Of a stretch of 51,530 nucleotides of DNA, positions 30,497-38,918 are shown in pieces. Below the pieces are notes generated by a model that worked only from the letters and a program-made list of their open reading frames with translations, was not told the origin of the DNA and did no database searches. Made by a program: the position numbers and the translations under genes. Where the stretch lies: assembly GCA_048940645.1 (NCBI GenBank), contig JBHLOI010000022.1, forward strand, positions 1 to 51,530, read 5' to 3'. Position 1 is the stretch's first letter. Every line of letters begins with the position of its first letter. The stretch is from Promethearchaeota archaeon. Lineage in GTDB: Archaea > Asgardarchaeota > Lokiarchaeia > Sigyniarchaeales > SOKP01.

Positions 30497-31693
30497 TTGA
30501 AAAAAATGGTAAGAAAAGGAATTAAAGATAAAGTAGCCATTATTGGCTGTGATATGACTAAGTATGGAGAATTATGGGATAAGAATCAATATGATCTGCT
30601 CTTCGAAGCATTCCAAGGCGCCTTAAAAGATACTGGTATTGAAAAGGATGAGATTGATGCAAGCTGGATTGGGATTTTCTATTATTTCACTGGACTTTCA
30701 GGGGCTATGGTTGAAGATATTCTCAGATTGGATGGAAAACCATCCACTAGAGTAGAAAATTACTGCGCTTCAGGAATGGATGCTTTCAGAAATGCTAGTT
30801 TTGCTGTGGCTTCAGGAGCATATGATGTAGTGCTTGCTTGTGGAGTCGAAAAACTTATGGACGAAGGAGGGAGTGGATTGCCAGGGTTTCGTATATTTGG
30901 TCATCCATTATATCCTACTCCATCAGCACCAGCAATGTTCTCGATGGCAGCAACCCGAAGTTTTCATGAATACGGTTGGACAAAAGAAGATTTAGCGCGT
31001 GTAGCCGTTAAAAATCATGATAATGGAGCTGATCACCCTAAAGCACATTTTCGAAGTAGGATTACGACTGATCAGGTAATCAGAGCACCTATGATTGCTG
31101 ATCCACTTGGAAGATTTGATTGCTGTGCGATGTCTGATGGTGCAGCGGCTTTAATTTTGACGAGACCAGAGTTAGCCGAGAGTTATGCACATGCAGATGA
31201 TTATATATTAGTAAAAGCAAATGCAATTTCATGTCAAACTAATTTTCCCTGGTATGTTCCCCCTGGCGGTCCTGGTGCAGAATTTACGCATTTTCCTGCT
31301 ACAGAAAAAGCTGGAGAATACGCGTATAAAGAGGCTGGTATAACTAATCCGCGTAAAGAGATAGATTGTGCTGAGGTTCATGATTGTTTTACAATAACAG
31401 AACTTTTAAACTGTCAAGATTTGCAATTTTGTGAGAGAGGACAATCTGCTGAAGAATTAAAAAATGGAACATTTAATTATGACGGAGAGATAGCAATAAA
31501 TCCCTCGGGAGGTTTAAAGAGTTTTGGTCATCCTATTGGTAGCACTGGATGCAGAATGTTAACAGAAATTACGAAACAACTTCAAGGTCGAGCAGAAGGA
31601 AGACAAGTTCCTGATGCAAAAGTTGGTTTATGCCATAATCTTGGTGGCGCTTTTACTGTTTGTTCAGTTACAATTTTAGGTCAAAGAGATTAA
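30497..31693 (+). CDS. Acetyl-CoA acetyltransferase, SCP2-type/archaeal thiolase
   Basis: ENYCASG (nucleophile Cys), DGAAA, HDCF, GHPIGSTG, HNLGG; GGAGG ribosome-binding site near the start. Confidence 0.93.
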   Translation: MKKMVRKGIKDKVAIIGCDMTKYGELWDKNQYDLLFEAFQGALKDTGIEKDEIDASWIGIFYYFTGLSGAMVEDILRLDGKPSTRVENYCASGMDAFRNASFAVASGAYDVVLACGVEKLMDEGGSGLPGFRIFGHPLYPTPSAPAMFSMAATRSFHEYGWTKEDLARVAVKNHDNGADHPKAHFRSRITTDQVIRAPMIADPLGRFDCCAMSDGAAALILTRPELAESYAHADDYILVKANAISCQTNFPWYVPPGGPGAEFTHFPATEKAGEYAYKEAGITNPRKEIDCAEVHDCFTITELLNCQDLQFCERGQSAEELKNGTFNYDGEIAINPSGGLKSFGHPIGSTGCRMLTEITKQLQGRAEGRQVPDAKVGLCHNLGGAFTVCSVTILGQRD

Positions 31694-32019
31694 GTTTTTA
31701 TAATATAACTTTAATTTTTTCTTTTTTTCTTAAATTTTAGTCAAATAAATTTTTAGAAGTTGTTAAAACATCTAAATCACTTTTCAGACTATTTGAGGAT
31801 TTTGTATCTCAACCATGGATGGGCACAATTTCACAAAAGATTATCCTAAAGAGATCTACAAGAGCAAATAATCTTATTGAAATGCTTTATTATTAAATTT
31901 AAGAGTTTTATAAGCAAATAGCCAGAATTTTACTGATAGCAAAGACTTATTAATGAATAATCTAAAATTTACTTTGACTTTTAAGTCATGATCTAAATAT
32001 AAATTTTGGGTGAAAAATA

Positions 32020-35000
32020 ATGTGGAAAAATAAAAAATTAAAAGAGTGCTTTATACTTTTACTGCTCTTATTTAGCCTTGTTGTAACAGCTATACCACCT
32101 TTAGTTAGCGCTGATGATCCAACCGTTGGCCCTTATGTAGCACCTGGTGCTCCAGATGGAATAACTATTGATCAACTTCTCAAGATTGGAATCCTACACG
32201 ATATGAATGACATAACGGGAGAGCATGCGTGGGACGGGTCTATGTTAGCTGCGAGAGAAATAAATGAAGCGGGAGGTCTTGTTATTGATAGTACTCAATA
32301 TTACATTGGATTAGTAACAGAGAATACTTTTGAGGCAGAACCTGAACTTGATATCGATAAAGGAATAGATGCTGCCAATTTAATGATCGCGGATTATGAT
32401 CCTCACATAATTACGGGAGGATTTAGGCTTGAAGCGTTAATCGAATACTTAGAACCAATAATGGATGCTCAAATTCCCTTTATTTGTACTGGTGCCGCTT
32501 CGAATATATTTAGTGAAAATGTTTTGAATAATTATGCTAGATATAAATATTTTTTCAGAACCATACTTAATGCCAGTAAAATTGGTGGAGATCTTTTCTA
32601 TTATATTCCTTATCTTGCAAATGAAATGACAGTTATTTCAGGTAAAGATATAACTAAAATTGCAATTTTACGTGAAGATTCAGAATGGACTGTTTCAATG
32701 GCAAATGTGCTGATTAATAATTTGCCTTTTTTTGGTTTAGAAGTTGTTGAAGACTTTGTTTTACCTTTGGACGCCTCAGAGCAAGATTTAAGAAATGTTT
32801 GGTATCAAATTGACATGTCAGGTGCCCAAATTGTAGTACCTTTGTCTACGAGTGGCCTGGGTATTTCAATAGGTCGCACGTATGGAGAAGTACAGCCAAG
32901 ATGTATTATGTGTGGGATTAATAGAGACGCTCAGTTAGGTAATTACTGGGATGATACTTATGGTAATGGTCAATATGAAATCACTATTCAAGGTACTTAT
33001 AGGACCGAAAAAACTCCAAAAACAATTCCATTTTGGGATAATTTTGTCGGTAATTATAGCATGGAACCTTATTATACTGCTGTAAGTTCATATGATGCTA
33101 TATATCTGTTGGCCAATGCGACCTTATCAACCCAATCTTTTAATGCAGATGATATTGTTTCTGGTTTAGAACAAATAGATAGCACTAACACTTATACAGG
33201 AGTGGAGGGGAATATCGCATTTACAGCGTCCCACGATTATCTTGGGGGTCCTGATTACAGTTCTATATTATTCTGTCAATGGCAAGATGGAGGGACTAAA
33301 GTTGTACTTCCATGTGGAAATATGTTTTATCCTGACTCCTTTGCGACTGGTTCTTTAGTAATACCAGAATGGGGTATTAATCCACGCGAGTTAATATGTG
33401 GCCTTAGTTATGCACCAGATAGTCTTGATCCACTTAATACTTGGGATAATACCATTTTTAATGTTATAGATCAATCTGTAGAAACTCTACTTGCGTATGA
33501 TTTGTCTGCCCCAGATTTAGAAATTATCCCAAGATTGGCTACAAATTTAGGAACGTGGTCGGTAGATAATTTGAATTATACAATTCCTTTAAAAACAGGA
33601 ATACTATTCCATGATGGGACTCCATTCGATGCTTATGCGGTTCAATGGAATTTTGATAGACTCGCATATTTCATGAATATAACAGGGATGTTACCTCCAG
33701 GGGAATCTACTACTATAGTTAAAACAATGTATCTTTTGGACGATGGGACTCCTATCATAAATAGTACAGAAGTTATTGATCCATATACTATTAAATTTGT
33801 GTTAAATAGACCTTATGGACCCTTTGATGCTTTACTCTGCTTCAGTGGCTCTGGAATGTTGTCACCTGCTTCAACTCCTGATACAGAGTATATAGATTTA
33901 GAAACTGGAGATGTAATTGGAACTGGACCGTTCGAATACGATTATTACATACCTGATGATAAGGTTAAATTCCATGCATTTGAGGATTATTGGGCTGGTG
34001 CCGCAGAAATTAAAGAATTAGTATTTAAAATAATATATGACACAGATGAGAGACATCAGGCATTACTCTCGGGAATAATAGATTTACTGAATGCTCCTTT
34101 AAATTATTATATTGATACTATGAGAGATGATCCAAATCTTAGTGTTATCGATGCAGGAGGAAATTTAATAATTAATTGGCTTGGAATGAATAATAAGCAA
34201 ATCAATATAACATGGAGAGAAGCAATCTCATATGCAATTGATTATAATTCCGTTATTGATGGACTTCTTAACGGACATGGGATTAGATTGAAATCACCGG
34301 TTCCTGAAGGAATTAGATATGCAAATTGGGCTTTTGATGTTGCAACGACAGATATAAAGCAAGCAAGAGAAATCATGCAAAGTATGGGTTTTGGTGTAGG
34401 TTGGGATTCTACGTTCCCTGGCAGTGATGAAGCTCAATGGACAGCGGCAAATTTCCGAACTTTAAATTATACATACAATCTTGGAAATTATTTCAGGGAA
34501 GGAATGTTTGACATCGTAACAGATAGCTTAGAGCTCATTGGAATTAGAGTAGAAGATGCTGGTTTGACATGGAACGAGTTTAAAGATCGAATTTTCAATC
34601 AAAGGGTTACTTCTGCTGGACATGATGCACTACAACTCTTTTGTTTGGGATGGATTCCCGATTTAAATGATCCAAGCACTTATATAAATTCATTATTCTC
34701 CAACATATCAGTATCTAATGCTGCTCAGGTAAACGATCCATATCTTCAAAATTTAATGGAGGAAGGTATAAAAGAAGTGGATCAAACGATTAGAGAAGCG
34801 ATTTACGACGAAATTCAACGATATTTAGTTGAAGAGCTCAAGCCTTGGGCATTTTTATCTGTTGGACGTAATTATGATGCGTACCGTAAAGAGATAGATG
34901 GGTATCAATCGAATCCCTGGGATAAAGTATGGTTTCACGGTGTAGAATTTCAGGATTTAGTACCACCTCATACATCAATTAATATAGTTGGTGATCAGAA

Positions 35001-38000
35001 TTCATATGGTTGGTTTGAATCTGATGTAATAATTACTCTTTCAGCTACTGATTATTTTTCTGGAGTTCAAACTACAGAATATAGCGTTGATGGAGAAACA
35101 TGGCTTACTTACACTGAACCAATTATCATTTCGGAAGATGGAATGACTCTCATCTATTATAGGTCAATCGATTACAACGGAAATATAGAAGAGACAAAAA
35201 TAGAAAAGATTTGTAAATATTCTTTCTTTTCGGCTCGTGATTTGATCTTTGGTACAAAGAATGGATTATCCGAACTGGAACCTCTCGATACTTGGGATTA
35301 CGAATCATGGGATGTTTTTGATCAAGTTCTCGAGGGCTTATTTGCTCATGATTTATCCCATCCAGAGATGGAACTAATTCCTAGACTTGCGGCCGAATTT
35401 GGTACCTGGTCTCCAGACGGTTTAACCTATACTGTTACATTAAGGACAGGGGTGACGTTCCATGATGGAACGCCATTTAATGCTGATGCAGTTCAATGGA
35501 ATTTTGATAGATTGGCATATTTCATGAATGTCTCAGGAACATTACCTCCAGACAAACAGGTAACCATGATTGAATCATTATACCGTTGGGACGATTGGAC
35601 TCCTATTATTCATCATACAGAGGTCGTTAATCCATATACTATTAGATTTGTATTAAACAGACCTTATGCGGCGTTAGAAGCGTTACTAGCATCAAGTGGA
35701 ACATATATACACTCTCCTTTCTCAACTCCTGAAATGGATTATATCGATACTTTTAGTGGTTCTCTTGTTGGTACGGGACCATATATATTTGATTTTCATA
35801 TACAGGATACTGTCACTAAATTTCATGCATTTATGGATTATTGGGGAGGTCCTCCAAATGTTAAGAGGCTAATTTTCTCAATTATCGAAGATGATCAAAG
35901 CAGAAATGACGCTCTTTTATCCGGTGAGGTTGATTTCATTCTTAATCCATTACCTTCAATGTACGATGCATTTGAAACAGATCCTAGCATTACTTTATAT
36001 GATGCTGGAAATACTGGTCTTATGATGTATATTGGAATGAATAACAGGCAGATTAATAAAACCATGAGGCAAGCGATATCATACGCAATAAATTATTCGC
36101 ATATTATTAATGAAATAATGGAAGGACAAGGAGTAAGATTGAAATCTCCCCTTCCAAAGGGCATTCCTTATGCAAATTGGTCGCTAAATGTAGCTCTTAT
36201 GAATATTACGAGGGCAAGAGAGATCCTTCTTGATGCTGGAGTTGTAATTGGGTTAGATCCTCTAGTTGATTCTGATTGGACGAATTTAATTGATTTTGGG
36301 ACTCCAATAGCATCATATAACTATTCTTATAATATAGGTAATTGGCGTAGAGAAGCTATATTGTATTTATTACAGGATAACTTAAGACAAATTGGAATTC
36401 AAGTTTTAGATGCGGGAATGACATGGCAGGATTATGTTTGGAGGTTGTTGGACATATACCCATATTCTCGAGACATGCTGCAATTATTTGAATTTGCCTG
36501 GTTGCCTGATTTTGGTGATCCAAGCAATTATTTAGATTCGAATCTATTAAGTGAATCACCAAGTAATTTTGCTCTAGTAAATGATCCATATCTCCAAGAT
36601 CTTTTAGCACAAGGAATAGTTGAGGTTGATCCTAATATGAGAAGGACAATTTACAACGAAATCCAACGGTATTTAGTTGAGGATTTAATGCCATGGGCAT
36701 TTACATTTTCGGGTCGTAACTTTTATGCTTATAATGATGAATTTACAGGATATGAACCCAATACAATGCAAAAGTTATGGTTCTTCAGCATTTCTAGAGT
36801 ACCACTCCCCAAATGTAATGAAACTGCGGAATGGGGTGTAAATCCTGGAGAACAGATAATCTGGGACGTTTCTGGATATTGGCTTGAAATGATGTCCTTC
36901 CTTCTTCACCAGGAAAGTCCAGCTCAATGGATGATGGATATACACGACGTCAGTTTAACATACTGGGAGGATCTGCCATTCAAAAATGTACCCTACGATT
37001 ATTATTCTACTATTTGGGCTACTATGTACAATCGCTCTGTCACAGAAGGGGCTCCATGGGAAGAAATGATGCCACTTTCTCCTCTGGTTTTCTATAATGC
37101 TTGTGAACAATTTATATATAATCAATTATTCGCCGCATATTACCAAAATTGGATTCATCTTCTAATACCTACACCTGTTAATCTAGAGATTCTCAATAAA
37201 ACAATTTTTGAACTATTTCAACTTTATAATATGGCTGCTGGTAGCACAATTGAAGATAATTCTCTTGAGATCATTCTTGATATTGGTACGGATTTACTTA
37301 CTATTAATTATACATATAATAATCAGGGAATTCTTACATACGGGACGCTAAAAAATTCCACAGGCCATCTCTGGTTAGAAATAAGAACGGATGTAACACC
37401 ACCAACTTGGATAGAAATCCCCACTGATCAATTTGTTGAGTTAGGGACCCGATTCTCTTATCAAGTATCGGCTTTCGATGAATCAGGTATCGATCATTAT
37501 TGGATCAGCGATACTGAAAACTTTGAAATTGATAATAATGGATTAATTGTTGATAAAGATTTCCTTGAGCTTGGTGTGTATGAGCTTGAGGTACGTGCTT
37601 ATGATCCATATGGTCACTATTGCTCTGCGACAATCTTAATTACTGTAACTGACAGTACTCCACCTTTTGGAATTGATAGTGTTTATGATACTATTCCTAA
37701 CATAACTATTCTAACTTATACTCGTACTCCACAAATTATAGGTACAGTAAAAGTATTCGATAATTCTCCAATAGCAAATGTTGAGCTTTGGAACGTAGAT
37801 CCCATCTACGATGAAAGCATTGATGAAGGATTTACTATTGTAACCACTCATCATCCTAAATCTCCGTTAGGTATTTATGATTATAGTTATACAAGTGATA
37901 TCGTAATTATGACCACTACTTCACTTAAAGAGGGTGAACACACTCTTAATCTTCGAGTTTATGATGCTCAAGGCAATGTTGCAAATAAATACTTTAACAT

Positions 38001-38517
38001 TACCGTATTTCGAGTATTGAGTCTAAAACTTAGTGGCGAATTTGATTATCTCGAAAAAGAAAAAGTAAAGATATCTATCGTTGCTAATTTGTTAGACGCG
38101 GAAACAAATATGGAAGTGAATTCATTATGGATTACTGATATGGGTGTAGTAGTGGATATAATAATATGGGACCCAGACGGTAATATAGTTCAATTACCGC
38201 TAGGTACTACCCAAATGACCTATATGTCTGGCGGCACGTTTCAATGGGAAGCTCACGGCACTATAAGTGATTTAAAAGACCTATTTAAGAAAGGTGTCTA
38301 TATGGTTAGTGCCGATGTTAAATTTTACGGAAATGATGATCCTTATTATTATCATTATCTTGTTAATGAAGATGTGATTCAATTCCACGTAGATCCACCA
38401 GTTGATGAAGATATTAATCTTTGGATTCCCTTGATTTTAGTGGGCTTTGCGGGATTTATACTTTTAAATTTGGCTCTTACCTTCTTTTATAAGAGGAAAC
38501 ATCGGCGAATTGTATGA
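32020..38517 (+). CDS. Giant multi-domain surface protein: LivJ-type SBP + two family-5 SBPs + Ig-like domains + C-terminal TM anchor
   Basis: Signal peptide; KIGILH...AAREINEAGG (type I SBP); two FHDGTPF/GTGP/AISYAI modules (~33385-34950 and ~35236-36795); D..PP-initiated Ig-like domains; TM followed by KRKHRR. Confidence 0.9.
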   Translation: MWKNKKLKECFILLLLLFSLVVTAIPPLVSADDPTVGPYVAPGAPDGITIDQLLKIGILHDMNDITGEHAWDGSMLAAREINEAGGLVIDSTQYYIGLVTENTFEAEPELDIDKGIDAANLMIADYDPHIITGGFRLEALIEYLEPIMDAQIPFICTGAASNIFSENVLNNYARYKYFFRTILNASKIGGDLFYYIPYLANEMTVISGKDITKIAILREDSEWTVSMANVLINNLPFFGLEVVEDFVLPLDASEQDLRNVWYQIDMSGAQIVVPLSTSGLGISIGRTYGEVQPRCIMCGINRDAQLGNYWDDTYGNGQYEITIQGTYRTEKTPKTIPFWDNFVGNYSMEPYYTAVSSYDAIYLLANATLSTQSFNADDIVSGLEQIDSTNTYTGVEGNIAFTASHDYLGGPDYSSILFCQWQDGGTKVVLPCGNMFYPDSFATGSLVIPEWGINPRELICGLSYAPDSLDPLNTWDNTIFNVIDQSVETLLAYDLSAPDLEIIPRLATNLGTWSVDNLNYTIPLKTGILFHDGTPFDAYAVQWNFDRLAYFMNITGMLPPGESTTIVKTMYLLDDGTPIINSTEVIDPYTIKFVLNRPYGPFDALLCFSGSGMLSPASTPDTEYIDLETGDVIGTGPFEYDYYIPDDKVKFHAFEDYWAGAAEIKELVFKIIYDTDERHQALLSGIIDLLNAPLNYYIDTMRDDPNLSVIDAGGNLIINWLGMNNKQINITWREAISYAIDYNSVIDGLLNGHGIRLKSPVPEGIRYANWAFDVATTDIKQAREIMQSMGFGVGWDSTFPGSDEAQWTAANFRTLNYTYNLGNYFREGMFDIVTDSLELIGIRVEDAGLTWNEFKDRIFNQRVTSAGHDALQLFCLGWIPDLNDPSTYINSLFSNISVSNAAQVNDPYLQNLMEEGIKEVDQTIREAIYDEIQRYLVEELKPWAFLSVGRNYDAYRKEIDGYQSNPWDKVWFHGVEFQDLVPPHTSINIVGDQNSYGWFESDVIITLSATDYFSGVQTTEYSVDGETWLTYTEPIIISEDGMTLIYYRSIDYNGNIEETKIEKICKYSFFSARDLIFGTKNGLSELEPLDTWDYESWDVFDQVLEGLFAHDLSHPEMELIPRLAAEFGTWSPDGLTYTVTLRTGVTFHDGTPFNADAVQWNFDRLAYFMNVSGTLPPDKQVTMIESLYRWDDWTPIIHHTEVVNPYTIRFVLNRPYAALEALLASSGTYIHSPFSTPEMDYIDTFSGSLVGTGPYIFDFHIQDTVTKFHAFMDYWGGPPNVKRLIFSIIEDDQSRNDALLSGEVDFILNPLPSMYDAFETDPSITLYDAGNTGLMMYIGMNNRQINKTMRQAISYAINYSHIINEIMEGQGVRLKSPLPKGIPYANWSLNVALMNITRAREILLDAGVVIGLDPLVDSDWTNLIDFGTPIASYNYSYNIGNWRREAILYLLQDNLRQIGIQVLDAGMTWQDYVWRLLDIYPYSRDMLQLFEFAWLPDFGDPSNYLDSNLLSESPSNFALVNDPYLQDLLAQGIVEVDPNMRRTIYNEIQRYLVEDLMPWAFTFSGRNFYAYNDEFTGYEPNTMQKLWFFSISRVPLPKCNETAEWGVNPGEQIIWDVSGYWLEMMSFLLHQESPAQWMMDIHDVSLTYWEDLPFKNVPYDYYSTIWATMYNRSVTEGAPWEEMMPLSPLVFYNACEQFIYNQLFAAYYQNWIHLLIPTPVNLEILNKTIFELFQLYNMAAGSTIEDNSLEIILDIGTDLLTINYTYNNQGILTYGTLKNSTGHLWLEIRTDVTPPTWIEIPTDQFVELGTRFSYQVSAFDESGIDHYWISDTENFEIDNNGLIVDKDFLELGVYELEVRAYDPYGHYCSATILITVTDSTPPFGIDSVYDTIPNITILTYTRTPQIIGTVKVFDNSPIANVELWNVDPIYDESIDEGFTIVTTHHPKSPLGIYDYSYTSDIVIMTTTSLKEGEHTLNLRVYDAQGNVANKYFNITVFRVLSLKLSGEFDYLEKEKVKISIVANLLDAETNMEVNSLWITDMGVVVDIIIWDPDGNIVQLPLGTTQMTYMSGGTFQWEAHGTISDLKDLFKKGVYMVSADVKFYGNDDPYYYHYLVNEDVIQFHVDPPVDEDINLWIPLILVGFAGFILLNLALTFFYKRKHRRIV

Positions 38518-38673
38518 AACTTAACTTCTTGAAATTAATTAACTCTTTTTTTTTAATATAATTACCTCAAAATAATATTACAAGTAAAATTACATGATTT
38601 TATAAAAAGATAAAAATATATTAAAACAAAAATAGAAAAGCTTTATATTTAAAGAAATAGATAGTTTAATACA

Positions 38674-38761
38674 AGGGGTATGAAATAGGTGAAAAAATTA
38701 ATATCTACTAGTGCCTTGCTGGGATGCTGGTAGCATTTTTACAGGTATTTCATATATCCCT
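38674..38761 (+). ncRNA. Candidate structured small RNA (88-nt long imperfect hairpin)
   Basis: AGGGG/TCCCT, TATGAAATA/TATTTCATA, TGAAAAA/TTTTTACA and CTACTAGTGCCT/GGGATGCTGGTAG pair; AAAG-C-TTTATA promoter about 27 nt upstream. Confidence 0.45.
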
Positions 38762-38918
38762 ACCATATAGTAAAACTTCTTATTTATAAACTTGATGATT
38801 TTTTTATATAAAATTGTTGAATATCTGGGTTATATAAATAAAGCTTAAATTGAAATTTAGTGCTGTTATAAAATAGATCTAAAATTGTCAAAACAAGTTT
38901 CTAATTATATTGTTCTAT

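Noticed and set aside
31741-31896. Start-less 51-codon frame with NNLIE (transposase-like) and an AAGATTAT/ATAATCTT inverted repeat
   Set aside because: Too short, with no DDE residues or terminal repeats; compatible with chance in AT-rich DNA
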